This document shows, piece after piece, positions 26,679 to 39,652 of a DNA stretch of 64,000 bases. The translations under genes were made by a program, and so were the position numbers. The notes under the pieces are model-generated. The model was not told the origin of the DNA and did no database searches. It saw only the letters and a program-made list of their open reading frames with translations. Position 1 is the first letter of the stretch, and each line of letters opens with the position of its first letter. This stretch comes from Macrostomum lignano (lineage: Eukaryota), in contig NIVC01001222.1 in NCBI GenBank assembly GCA_002269645.1, positions 1 to 64,000 on the forward strand, read 5' to 3'.

Positions 26679-28743
26679 ATGATATTGAATTTTGTAATCC
26701 ACTGCATTCTTATCGGTGCCGCCATGGCCCAGGCTTTGGATGGTACAGGTCAGACATTCGATTTAGTTTCCTAGAGATTGCATCTGTTGTGTCTCGACCT
26801 AATGGCCGCTGGACGGGTCAGGGTTCGGGTCCTCCCGCCTAAGACACCCCGGTCCCAGCCCTCTACCCTGTCACGTTATTGGCGTAGTGGCTATGACCCT
26901 TAAGAGGGCTGTTTTAACGAGAGTTGTCGTTGTAGTCCAAAAGGAAGGTTAATTGAACAATGGCGGTGTAGCGGTTTCGTGTAGCGGTAGCACTTATTAA
27001 TAGACCGTTGGTTAAATTGGTTGTGGTATTGGCTTTTATATTTTTCTCAAAATAGTAATAGAATTACAGAGGCGATAACAGTATGGGCACTGGCGGCTGC
27101 AACAACGAGTTAATGATAAGATGAGTAGACGACGAAGGATGGCGATGAGGCAATGGCAGTGAGTAGCGGTCGTGAGTAGGCAGAACGGTAGTGAGCTGGC
27201 GTTAGCCGTGGTAGAGTCAACTTGGCGGGAGAGGCGTGAACAGTCTGGCTGGCGAGTGGAGCCGTGGCGAGAGAAGGAAAACGAGAGAGCGCAGGGAACA
27301 CTAAGTGAGAGGGCCAAGAGAGCAAAAGTGGAACGCCAAGTGAAGACCCCCCAGCCCATAGATAAAGTATACTTTATCTATGCCCCAGCCCGCCGCCAGG
27401 CGGGGGTTACTAAAGAGCGCAGAGGGCTAGCATAATACACGCGGAGAGTTTTCATTGGCTGGCGGGAGAACTTGAAATTATCGATCATGCTAAATTTTAC
27501 AGACGAACGCAAGGCCTACCAAATACACAGTGAATTAGCAATTGATACAGATTATTTGCACGCTACTACAAGTAAACGTAAAAATAAACTATTGGAGAAA
27601 TTTAAATGAGAAATTGCAAGGGAAACTATAGTCCAACGGCCCTTTTGCGGGACCACCTTAAACTAGCAACGTCACAACCCCGGCTACTCGCTACGCGCCC
27701 TTCGCTCGGCTCGGCGAGAGTTCGCCGGACCGACCACCCTGAGATCAGCGAGTGTTCACCGGTCCCAGGTCCCTACCAGCTCCCGGCCCCACGCGGCAAC
27801 CCAGGAGAAGAAAGCACGCGCTCACCTCTGCGTTACAGACTTATTCGCGAAGCGTTTATTGGCGAAGCGTTTATTGACACGAAGCAGAATAATCAGCGAT
27901 TGCGGGAGTCACGAGTTATTAGCTTGCAGAGAGCAGTTTTGCAGAGGGACGCCGACGAACGGGATAGAATACAAACAAAAAGAACGCTCAGGGCTAGCCC
28001 TTAAATAATATTTACACAAAAAGGGGGGAGGGGTGGGGCAGAATGGAGAGGGCGAGCCAAACCCTGGGGCCTAGCTAGCTTATCAGCCAGCCAGCCAATA
28101 CGAGCAGCCCCAGGGTGAGGCGGGCAAAGAGGGAGGGGGTAGGGTCAGCACCCAGATTGGACAGAAGTTGGGCCGGGGGCTGGGTGCAGAAAGGGGTAGG
28201 CCAGGGTTAAGGCTTACGCCTCTCACAAACCCTGGCCCTGGCGCGAGACGGGGGACCGGGCGGGGTAGCAAGAAAACTGAAAACACAATCACTGGAAGGG
28301 CGCAGCCCAACACATCTTTATACGATGGCATCAATGCAAGTTCTCAACTATTTGCAGAGTACTCGACTGACCCCGTGGAGTCGCTGAACTCCACAGCTCC
28401 GATAACATCAGCTGGTGGCAGCAGCGACATTCACTGTACTGTGCAGTGCTCGGCCGCTGGAGCCGCCGTCTGCGCTGCCACCGCCTACGTGGAAGAGACT
28501 CGGGTGTGCCTGTTCTCAGGCGTGAGCAATGCGGACTTTTCTGCTGCCGCTCCGCGCAGCATCGTTTATCGAAGAGTGAAAGGTGCGCAAGTGTTAGGTT
28601 TCGGGGCTTGTTTGAGTCAATTTTCACAGGCAGATTGGTTACTTAGTACATTTTTATTGTAACTGGAACTTTAGCTAATTAAGTGATTTTTTGATGCACA
28701 ATTAACAGTAAATCTGAATAAATGCTTTTCTTCAGAGGAATTG

Positions 28744-28774
<31 letters not shown>

Positions 28775-28836
28775 CTACATCAACAACAACAACTACTACT
28801 ACTACAACTCCTGCCCCCCTGAAAGGGTACGGATAA
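26679..28836 (+). CDS. Copy B: signal peptide + PAN/apple + Thr-rich tail; FReD deleted (131 aa)
   Basis: Exons 26679-26748, 28358-28582 and 28736-28836 (..TTTPAPLKGYG*). The DNA after the stop matches the 3' flank of copies D and E. Confidence 0.82.
26785..28312. mobile_element. Solo LTR (1528 bp) in intron 1 of copy B
   Basis: TGTTG...CAACA termini with a perfect 4-bp TSD CATC (26781-26784 and 28313-28316). Removing it restores an intron colinear with the 76-bp intron 1 of copy A. Confidence 0.9.
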
Positions 28837-30980
28837 TGATTTGATAGACGCAAGATTTTCGCAACCTATTCCCCAATAATATCTTATTTTGGCGCGCACT
28901 ATTATTATTATTATAAAACTATTTGTTATTATAATTTATAAAACTATATCTGCGGATTTCAGTCAGTCCAATCCTACCCTAATTTTACTCTAATCTTACA
29001 GGATATACTTTGTCCACTTATGATCCCTACATTTATTGGCGTTACTCTTGCACTTATCAATCTAGCGTTCGACTGTATTTGATCTTGCAGACACCAAATT
29101 TTTAGACTTGCTCGAAAGATTTCTGCACTCATAAGAAGTGGAGTTTCAAGTCTGAAAAAAATTTACACTTGTCAAGCACTCACCCAAACAACTTTTTGTA
29201 TCTTTCAGCAGCTTAAAACAAATAAATATTTAACAATACTATATTACAATCTATTTTTACGCTCGTATATTCTTCGTACTCGTCAAAAAGCAAGATTTTC
29301 TGGCTATCAGCGTAAGTAGTAGTTAATGCAATCGTTTATCCTAAACTGTATATCATAAGTCCTAGATTATAAATCGAAATCCGAAATATATCATTATATG
29401 CTATCAAAAATACGCAATCTACAATAGATCGAAATGTTTAATGAATCCACTGTTTGATCACAGTTGCCGATTGAATTCGGTTAAGTTTTAATGTTGTTAT
29501 TATTATTACTTATCATTTTTTTAATTCTATTAGCAATTACGGAATACTATGCCAATAAATTCAAGATCGCATAGATTGGTAATTGTTCAATTGAAATAAA
29601 TGAGTGTGTGACGTTCTTGCAGGCGAGCTTGAGTGCAGACGAACTACACGTACAAGGCAGAAGTATAGCAATCCCAATTATAGTTGGGCATGTCCAGATC
29701 GAGATGCAATCTGAGACTAGTAGCTCATACAAGTTTAATGCCATGTAGTTCTACGAGAGAACTACATGTAACATTCAGCGTGCGCGGGCAAGGGGCACTC
29801 GGCAATAAAGCTAAACAGGAAACCAAATTTGAATCAGACACACCTCTGAAAATAGATAAACAAAGTTGTAACCCAATAGAAAAATACGAGTATATGACCA
29901 AAACAAATATAGCTTTAAATATCTATTCCTAGCTTAATCCTTACTAAATCCAATTAGAAACCTGTAATATACAATCAGCGGAAATTCTGCTCATTCTGCT
30001 GAATCCTGAGCACATTACATGTAGAAGAGCACCAATACTCCAATACTGTATACAGGCACGCACTCATGCACACGCACACATAGGGTGTACAGCGGCCCAG
30101 AATTTCTAATCGTCATGGGGTCGTGAAAGCACTAGTTTCTTTGTATTTTTATCTATATCTTGCACCACCTTACTGCGTTCATTTTAGCACAAAAACTTAT
30201 GCATCCTTCTACTTGTCATTATTATTAACCGAACAAAATTCTTTTTTAACAAAAAGCCTTAATTTTACCAGCGTTAATTCTCAGTCTTTGAAAACTTTGT
30301 TAAATTGTTCTCTGGCTTTGTTTTTTTATTCACCCAACACTCAGTTTGCACACATTTATTTCTTTTAGCGGTTACAGCGTGTAGCCAAATGTGCTCGCAA
30401 TTCCTGACGTACATGTACTGAATAATGTTTCTGAAGCCAGGAGACTGAAATAGCTACTATTACGTAGCAGCAAGAATTGAGAAGTCACAGAGCAGCAGTC
30501 ACAGCACTCACAGCTCCACAAGGCCAAGGGAGTGAGGTTGAGGGCAAATGACCATTGTTCCAAAGTCAGGAGCCACGAAGAACAGTGCCCAAGCGGCCCT
30601 GTCGATCTGGTAGTTTCAGCTGCTTGAGATGGGAGTTCTTATACTAACCTATGTGAGAGCAAATTTTATCCAAAGAGAAAAGTTTTCAGCATCCCCTGCA
30701 AGTCTGCCTTGCTTTAAAAGCCTCAGCTGACTCTAAAAAACACTGCTCAAGACGTTACTTATGCTGCGGCTACATCTATTAGAACATGCGGGTAAAATTA
30801 AAATGCATGAATTATTCTGTAGTCGCTTTTGCACGACTACAAAAGAGTCATTTATTTCGCACGATCAATGGAAAGGAAATCCAAGATCAGATGGTTAAAA
30901 AAGTTTGCTTTCACAAAAGAACTCAGGGTAAAAATGTTGCTTCAAGTTCTTTTATTCTTGCAACGGCAGCACAACCAATA

Positions 30981-32031
30981 CCTGCAGTGACCAATGCCTG
31001 CAGTGACCAATGCCTGCAGTGACCAATGCCTGCAGTGACCAATGCCTGCAGTGACCAATGCCTGCAGTGACCAATGCCTGCAGTGACCAATGCCTGCAGT
31101 GACCAATGCCTGCAGTGACCAATGCCTGCAGTGACCAATGCCTGCAGTGACCAATGCCTGCAGTGACCAATGCCTGCAGTGACCAATGCCTGCAGTGACC
31201 AATGCCTGCAGTGACCAATGCCTGCAGTGACCAATGCCTGCAGTGACCAATGCCTGCAGTGACCAATGCCTGCAGTGACCAATGCCTGCAGTGACCAATG
31301 CCTGCAGTGACCAATGCCTGCAGTGACCAATGCCTGCAGTGACCAATGCCTGCAGTGACCAATGCCTGCAGTGACCAATGCCTGCAGTGACCAATGCCTG
31401 CAGTGACCAATGCCTGCAGTGACCAATGCCTGCAGTGACCAATGCCTGCAGTGACCAATGCCTGCAGTGACCAATGCCTGCAGTGACCAATGCCTGCAGT
31501 GACCAATGCCTGCAGTGACCAATGCCTGCAGTGACCAATGCCTGCAGTGACCAATGCCTGCAGTGACCAATGCCTGCAGTGACCAATGCCTGCAGTGACC
31601 AATGCCTGCAGTGACCAATGCCTGCAGTGACCAATGCCTGCAGTGACCAATGCCTGCAGTGACCAATGCCTGCAGTGACCAATGCCTGCAGTGACCAATG
31701 CCTGCAGTGACCAATGCCTGCAGTGACCAATGCCTGCAGTGACCAATGCCAATGCCTGCAGTGACCAATGCCAATGCCTGCAGTGACCAATGCCTGCAGT
31801 GACCAATGCCTGCAGTGCCCAATGCCAATGCCTGCAGTGACCTATGCCTGCAGTGATCATTGCCCTTGGAGTAAACAATGCCTGCAGTGCCCAATGCCAA
31901 TGCCTGCAGTGACCTATGCCTGCAGTGATCATTGCCCTTGGAGTAAACAATGCCTGCAGTGCCCAATGCCAATGCCTGCAGTGACCTATGCCTGCAGTGA
32001 TCATTGCCCTTGGAGTAAACAATGCCTGCAG
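30981..32031. repeat. 16-bp minisatellite CCTGCAGTGACCAATG (~48 perfect units) followed by three 72-bp higher-order units
   Basis: Period of 16 up to ~31750. CAGTGATCATTG recurs at 31851, 31923 and 31995. Confidence 0.97.
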
Positions 32032-33532
32032 TGGTCATTGCCGAGTGATTTTCCAGTAATCAGACAGCCTCATGCGATTGCCAAAAGCTTACAATCAAAG
32101 TAACGCCGTCTGGTTTTTTTTAAACAGCGTTACAGGGCGCGTTTCTGGGTTTGGGGCGAACGTCGGCCGTGGGTGTTCGCCTGTGTTGGAGGTGCTGCTG
32201 CCAACGATGCACTGAACAATAGTATATGAACCAGTAGGCCAGGGGTCGGCAAACTCCTGCCAGGGGGGGGGGGTCACATGCAGCCTGAAAAGCTTCTATC
32301 TCCAGCCCTCGGATCTTTTGAAACTTCACAATAGCAATCCGGCCCACTCGGGGTTTGCGCCTCTTCTCAGCTCTCCCCTCTTCTCTTTTCCCTCCCCTTT
32401 CCTCTCTACCCTCTTCGTTTCTCTCTTTCCTTTTCTCTCTTCCTTCTCTCTAATCTCTCTTTCCCCTCTTCTCCTCCTCCATCCTTTCATATCTCATCTC
32501 CTCCTTTCTATTCTCTCTATCTATTCTCTCTTCTCTCTCTTCTCTATCTTTTCTATCTTGCAGTTTGCAGAGACGGATTGCATCTGCACTGCTGTTGAGC
32601 CCCAGCAGCCCAGAGAAGGAGCTGCTCAAACAGTGACAGATCCTTGAGGCTGTGGAAATGGGGGTTGAGTGACAGGTGATTCCATTGTTTTTGAGTTTTA
32701 GGAGCGAAGAAGAAGCGCGGAGGCCTAGCAAGTTCATTGGTTTTCCGAGCTGTTGTTGTCAGCACTCGTACGTAGGCTTTGAATCCCCTAACCACCAGTT
32801 GCAACAGCAGATTCTTCCTACAGAAAGCCAGCCTAAGTAAAAGTGTCCAGTAAAAAGTTAAAAAACAATAAGGGGATCCAAAAGAGGCGCGGAGTTGAAG
32901 AAAGCAGAGGTTCATTGTTCCAGAGAGACGGGATCGGGTTGGAAAACTGGATTTGCTGGCTTCATACCCCCAGGTGGCAGCTGCTTCCCACAGAAAAACT
33001 GCGAGGCCCTCCCCTCCTTTGGAAGCCATGCAGCTCTGGAAATCCTGAAAAGAAACTGGTGAAGCTAAAACAGCTTCACATTTACTCATTACTCCCAACT
33101 ACACCGACTAGCTGCCTGGTGCATGAAAGATTCAAAGCTCCACTGTTGGCTTTTTACGCGACTCTTCAGCGTCCATGCTCTGTCGACTGTGGCTGAGCTA
33201 TTAAAACAAAGGACTAGCTATAAGACAATAGGATTGCTAGGAGATGCAGAGAGCGCCAACATGGGATGAGGGTGGGTGACACTACGAGTTAAGAGTCAAA
33301 GTCAAGTTTGGCAAGAAAATAGCCTCAGCTACTGTTGCTGCGCTAAAAACACGTTGCTAAGAGACGCAATGCTCAGATCCTAGGGCAGCTCCAATGTCTG
33401 AGCATCTGGCAGGCTGTTTGAGCGGCATTTGTGGCAGGGCATAAATATGAGTGAGCTGCTCCTCCGGGTGAGACGCTGCCTGACCGAGACATTCAAGAAT
33501 CCAGAGCTCACTGATAGACTGAATCTCCTGAC

Positions 33533-36500
33533 ATGATTCGCGAAATTCTTCTCGCCTGCGCCTTGGTCTGCGCTGCTGCAGCGAGTGACCTTGACGGCAC
33601 AGGTAACAGCTTACGGTGACTCATTTATTTTCCAATTGTAAAAATTCAACGCGAAGGTGAACAAAAATTCGTTGCAGAGTACTCGACTGACCCTGTGGAG
33701 TCGCTGAACTCCACAGCTCCGATAACATCAGCTGGTGGAAGCAGCGACATTCACTGCACTGTGCAGTGCTCGGCCGCTGGAGCCGACGTCTGCGCTGCCA
33801 CCGCCTACGTAGAGGAGACACGGGTGTGCCTGTTCTCAGGCGTGAGCAATGCGGACTTCTCAGCTGCCGCTCCGCGCAGCACCGTCTTCCGAAGGGTGAA
33901 AGGTTCGCAATTGCTGGGTTTCGGAGCTGATTTCATTCAATTTTTATAAGTGGTTTGGCTATTCTGTAGGACCCTTTTGTGGCAGCTGATACATTAGTTA
34001 CGACAGACGTCCGCAAAGTAGTGTTATTTTTCGTGTTGCGGACATTTGGTAAGTTGCACTGACACAAGTTTGGTGGCGTTCAAAAGCGACAAGCTTTTTT
34101 AAAAAATTATTTAAACTTCAATCAATTTGAGTTTATATATCAAGAGATATGTGTATTTAAGTATAAAAAGATCGGTCATTGACTTACAGAACCTATAGAC
34201 ACCTAAGCTGTCTCGGCAGAACAACTGTCTAAAAAAAGTATCGATTGCCACTGAGCAGAATGCTAATTTTAACAGATATTTGAGCTTCTGAAAGTCTACG
34301 AGCAATCTCCCTCTACGAGAGCGCGTTAGTCATGTTAGAGAAGAAACTTGCCGCTTTCAAACGACACCAAACTTGTGTCAATGCAACTTGCCAAACGTCT
34401 GCAACACGTAAAAGTAACACTATTTTCCGGAATACCTTTAGTTAGTTAGTTAGTTAGCAGGGCGGTCCGAAGACGCAGCGGGTAGGCGAGCGTCGCCCAT
34501 TCCGCTAATCCCTGAAAGACCCGCATAGGCTAGGGCGCGGGGCCAGTCAGGGAGGTCTGCCGGTCCTGTCTGCAGCGTTGTCTTCGGTGGGGAAGACGGA
34601 GGCTCGCTTGGTGGCCCGGAGGAACCGGATGAGCCGTGGGATATTCTCGGGCCGGCAAGCGTCGTCCAGGGACGGGTTGGGCCCGAGGTGGTTGAGCCGG
34701 TCTCGGTTGAAGGCCTAACAGTAGCAGACAAAGTGCTTGGCGTCTTCGTTCTCTAGGTTGCAGAAGGGGCAGAGTTCGCTCCGGCGAACACTTCGGAGGA
34801 AGCAATGCCTGGCAAAGCAACCGTGACCTGTGAAGGTCATAATGAGAGCCCGGATATCTTTTCGATTTTTGTTCAAAAGGATTCTCCGCAGCTGGAGGGA
34901 CAGATTAGGCACTGCCGCACGGAATTGGCGGCAGTTGGAAATGCCACCCCATCTGCGCAAGTGCAGGATGTCCGCCCAGCCGTTAATCTGACGATTAATG
35001 ACCGTAGCGGGGATGGGAGCAGAGGCACGGGGCCAAGGAGCGAGCCAGAACTACCCGCCTTGGCGAGGGAGTCGGCGAGCTCGTTACCTCTGAAGCCGGC
35101 GTGTCCTGTGATCCACGTGAGCCGGACGGAGTTTCTCCGAGCCAGCTTGTTGAGCTGCCCGATACAGTCGCGAACTGTTCGGGAGTTCGTAGTGGTGTGA
35201 CAAAGGGCCTGCAAGGCGGCCTGGCTGTCAGAGTGGTAGAAGATTCTGTTGTCCTTGAAGTCCCTGCAATGGAGCTCAGCTGCACAGGAGCTGATGGCAA
35301 ACTTCATTCTGGAAGACGCTGGAGAGTCTGCCAGTGTGTTGGGCGTGAGTGGCGATCACGCGGCCGTTGATAAGGATGCAAACTCCAAAGTCAGATATAC
35401 CGTCTTTGGAGATCCGTCAGTGAAGCAGTGAGCCTCCTGAGGGGCCCAGCTGTCGTCGGCGTTTTCCCTAGAGGGGATAGTGACCTTGAAGCGTTAGTAG
35501 AGATTGAGGGAGCGCGGCTTACAATCCGAAAGGACAGCCGCACTCCTACTCTCCTCCAGAACTTCAAGGCACAGGTCAGAGTGCGGCAGGAACTTGCGCT
35601 TCGCCATCGCTCTTTGTGGCTTGAAGCTAACGCCAGCCTCGATGAGCCGGCGGGTAGTTTTAGCAACCTCGCGACGGACGAAGATGTCCAGGGGCGGGAG
35701 GCAGAGGAAAGCATTGAGGCCGTCAAAGGGTGCAGAGAGCGGGGCATTCAGGATCATGCGACACGCACGTCCCTGCACCTTTTTGAGGGCTTCGTGGCAG
35801 GTTTTAATCTGCAAAGCGCTGGTCCAGACCAGGCCGGCGTAAGTAACGGCCGGCCGGACCATTGCGGTATAGATCCACCAGAGCCGCTTCGAAGTGAGGC
35901 CCCAGGTGGTGCCGACGGCTCTGCACAACTGCGCAAGAATCGCGAGGGCTTTTTTGGTTTTGGCCTGAACGTGGGTGGACCAGCTCAGCCTGTGGTCGAG
36001 CGTAACGCCGAGACACTTGGTTTGCTTGCAGGATGGGATTTCCACCCCCCCCCCCCGTAAAGCTTTAGTGGCCGAATACGCAGTTGACCCTGTGAACATG
36101 ATCGCGACAGTTTTGGTCTCAGAGAGTCTGAGGCCGCATCTGTCCGCCCATTGTTCAGCAGAGCGAATAAAGTTTTGTAGAAGATCCCTAAGGGTTTCAG
36201 GTGACGGTCCGGATGCCACGGCTGTGACATCATCGGCGTAACCGACCTTAAGGATGGGGTCAAGATGGCTGTCCCTAAGGAGCTCATCGATGACCATGTT
36301 CCAGAGAAATGGAGAGAGAACACAGCCTTGGGGCTGCCTTTGCAGACGGTTACCGTCCGTTGGTGGCCCAGCAGGTGCGCGGTGGCAGTACGGTGGCTGA
36401 TCGTATACATGATCCACCGGGTGAGGTGCGAGTGGGTTCCTCTAGCACGAAGAGCTCTGTCAAAAGCCTCAAAGAGGACATTATCGAAGGCTCCAACAAT

Positions 36501-38291
36501 GTCGAGGAAGACAGCGAGAGCGTAGTCATTGCCAAGAATGGCTTTCTACAGCATGTCGACCAAGACGTGAAGCGCGTCTCCGTGGACCTGCCTGCCCGAA
36601 AGGCTGAGCGGCTTGTTCTTCAGTTCCACAGAGAGGAGGCGCCAGAGCACCAGTCTCTCCAACAGTTTCACCAGTGAGGAGGTGAGGCTGATAGGCCTGA
36701 AGGATTTAATGGACCGGTAGTCCAGTCGGTTGGGCTTGGGGATAAAACCACCTTAGCCTCGGTCCAGGGTTTCGGAACAAAGCCGAGAACATGGCTTTCA
36801 GGAGCCAGCAAAGGTTCTGCAGGAAACCGGTGCATTTCACCACCTCTCGCAGGAAGTAATGATTGAGTCAGCCAGTACGTGTCCGCCCACTGAGTGGTCA
36901 GGGGGGTCGGGCCTGGCTATCTCGTTCGGGAAAAACGCTGTTAGCATCGCTTCCAGTGTTTCTCCTGGGTTCTCAGTGAGCGAGCCGTCGGCTCTTTTAA
37001 GGATTCCTAGCTCTCTCCCGGAAAACCCTCATAATCAGTTGATTAAGAAATGCAGAATTATAGTGAATCTAAATGAAAGTTTTTTTATGATTCTTTAAGA
37101 GGAATTGACAACAACAACTACAACTACTACTACAACTACGACAACGACAACTAGTCCTGCTCCCGGGTACCATGTGCTGCTGAGTCGCACAAGACTCACA
37201 CTGAGCTTTGCTCGAACTTGGACTGAGTACGAAAACGGCTTCGGCGATGGAGTGGACGTGTGGCTCGGTGAGACTTAGGGCTCAACAGAAACTACCTTGA
37301 CTAACTTACTTTAGTATTAAAACGCAAAACATTAAAACATTTGTTTTTCTGAAATCTTGGTGACAAAGTGCCGGGAGATATACTTATCATCGACCCTTTA
37401 GCAGGGCGATGACTTTTAATATCTTATGATGACTCACATGCCGACTTAAAGGTTGGTAAAATTCTAAGTAGCAAAAACTCTTCAAAAAAAATTTAAATTT
37501 TTATTACATCAGCTCTACTGGGCAGATGTACAACCGACAGCTCAGTCGCAGCAATTGCGTGGCGCATCTGAAGGCTGCGTACGGCTGTTCAGTCCAAGGA
37601 CTGGGGGGTTGCCACATACACCTTGAATTACCCTTGAATTGTGAACTGGAGCAATGCAGAGTTAAGTGTCTTGCTCAAGGACACATTGTACCGAACTGGG
37701 TCAAGAATCGAACCCCCGACATTTCGGTCTTGAGTACGACGCTCTAACCACTAGGCTACAACCCCTTGTAGACCAATTTACATGTAACACTCGCTGTTTG
37801 ATTTGTAGACTTGTACTAAAAGAAGACATTTTTAATCGCCACAGCAAGCTTTATGCTTATCCAATCTTGCATTAAAATCACTTGATTCAGGCCTGAAAAA
37901 AATAAATGAGCTGACTGGGAGCACGCCAAGGAAGTTGAGAGTGGAGACTGTGTCCACTGCTGGCGTTTCGTACGTCGACGAGTATTCCGGATTCTCCGTG
38001 GGCGATGCCAGCACCAACTACGCCATGACCTTCGATGCTCGATTGACGGCCAGCTCAAACACGACTGGCGACTCGCTCACCTATCACAAAGGCATGCAGT
38101 TCTCCACCATGGACAGGGATAACGATCAATCTTCCACTTCTTGTGCCTCGCGATACGGTAATGGCGGCTGGTGGTTTAAACACTGCCATTACGCTAATCC
38201 TACAGGAGGCACTGTCTCCACTTACGATCCCTACATTTATTGGCGTTATGCTAGCACCTATCAGTCCAGCATTCACATATATTTGATTTAA
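33533..38291 (+). CDS. PAN/apple + Thr linker + FReD secreted protein, copy C (287 aa)
   Basis: Exons 33533-33602, 33678-33902, 37100-37267 and 37891-38291; GT-AG, phase 1, open frame throughout. Motifs MIREILLACALVCAAAA, FARTWTEYENGFG, QFSTMDRDND, GWWFKHCH. Confidence 0.92.
34437..37017 (-). mobile_element. 5'-truncated, frameshifted non-LTR retrotransposon with RT, RNase H and C-terminal Cys/His motif (R1/LOA/I-group-like) in intron 2 of copy C
   Basis: RT motifs FRPISL, FLDIVGAFD, PQG.VLSP.LW, YADD. RNase H motifs FTDGS, SDSQAAL, WITGHAG..GNELAD. CPFC..EDAKHFVCYC. (CTAA)n tail at 34437-34459. Near-TSD CCGGAATACC (34427-34436) / CCGGAAAACC (37018-37027). Confidence 0.92.
37515..37760 (-). 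mobile_element. tRNA-derived CORE-like SINE in intron 3 of copy C
   Basis: On the minus strand: A box TAGCCTAGTGG, B box GGTTCGATTC, and the core GTGTCCTTGAGCAAGACACTTAAC. Confidence 0.8.
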
Positions 38292-38745
38292 CAGGCACCA
38301 AATTATTAGACTGCCTCAAAGATTTCGGCACTAACAAAAACTGGAGTTTCAAGTTAAAAAAATATAGTTACTCGTATAAAGCAATCATTTTAACAACTTT
38401 TTGTATCTTTTCTATTCGCTAAAACAGTCGCTGAAAAGTAAAACGTCTATTTTTATTATACTTTTCTCCTAATATATTAATCTTTATACTTTCTAGAAAG
38501 CTGTTTGATAAAAAGCAAGATATTCTGGCTTATCTCCAGTTTATTTTATCCTAAATCCTAAGTCTTAAATATAAGTTATTAAAAAATTCACAATAAAAAA
38601 TTGCTCGTAATTTTTAATACGAGCATCCTTTTGATTAAAGCTGAATCCCATGGCATCGACATATTAATCTTCCATTAATGCCTTCTTGGGTTGTTAGAGG
38701 TTGAATGTGAAAGAAAAGTGTCATGTTCCTTTTCAAATAATCTAA

Positions 38746-39652
38746 TATAGCTTTTTTCAAGCCAATTGAGCCTAGGAGCAAGCAATTTAATCCTTAGTGG
38801 GAGAATCAAGCTATTGAAGACTTGTTTTTCATTGTCTATGGCCCAAAAGCGGGTTTATGGAGCAACCAATTTGAGAATCTGGGCGCGCAATTGATCCTTT
38901 CCACAGTTGTGCAAGCCTCAGACCATAGAAAATAACAGATTTCATTAGACAAACATGGATATGGCAGACGAAAAATTTAGCGAGCAGAGCAGTGACCAAA
39001 GTTTTGATACAGCCCAAGATGCAGTGCAGTTGAGCAGAATCCTGCAGGGCGAGAACCCTATTGCAAGATAAGCAACAAAAAGTACGACCTGAGAGAGGTG
39101 ATAGTGCTGAGCACATTTCGCGATGACTGGACGTAAAGAGAAAAACAGTGTATTCTAACAGGCGTCGCTATGAAATCACGGGATGACGGGACCGCGCACG
39201 AGGGGGTGGAGAAACTGGAAGAGCAGCACATGCAACTGCTTCTTTTATCACTGGATAGCAATCCTATAATGACGTTGAAAGAGCTCTGAACATTGATCGG
39301 GTTTGATTTCAATCTGTCCAACACTGTTTTGAGAGACACGATTGTTCTCGGTTTATACTGTATGCTATGGTTTTGCATTTGCCTGTTTTTGATTGGTTTC
39401 TCTGAAATCAAAGTGTTAATGTCAATCGTTTTTTGATATGCCATCTACTTGCAGACGTTATTTTAGTGAAGTTATGAAGGATATACGAGCACTGTGAAAA
39501 GGATTAATTGCGCGCCCAGATTCTCAAATTGGTTGCTTCATAGACTCCCTTTCGGGCCATAGACAATGAAAAACAAGTCTTCAATAGCTTGATTCTCCCA
39601 ATAAGGATTAAATTGCTAGCTCCTAGGCTCAATTGGCTTGGAAAATGCTATA
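38746..39652 (+). mobile_element. Internally deleted Tc1/mariner-like element (~160-bp TIRs, TA ends)
   Basis: Inverted arms at ~38748-38907 and ~39491-39650, with TA at both outer ends. The degenerate frame KLEEQHMQLLLLSLDSNPIMTLKEL* (~39212) resembles the Tc1/IS630 HTH region. Confidence 0.75.

Noticed and set aside
30923-32038. His/Trp/Cys-rich repeat ORFs; also regular spacing suggestive of a CRISPR array
   Set aside because: Head-to-tail 16-bp units with no unique spacers, in a eukaryotic context with no cas genes.
35428-36677. Plus-strand ORFs of 112-210 aa over the LINE, and similar antisense ORFs over the PAN exons
   Set aside because: Shadow frames of GC-rich coding sequence on the other strand or frame.
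37700-37760. tRNA gene
   Set aside because: The A and B boxes belong to a SINE head attached to a CORE-like body; no complete cloverleaf.
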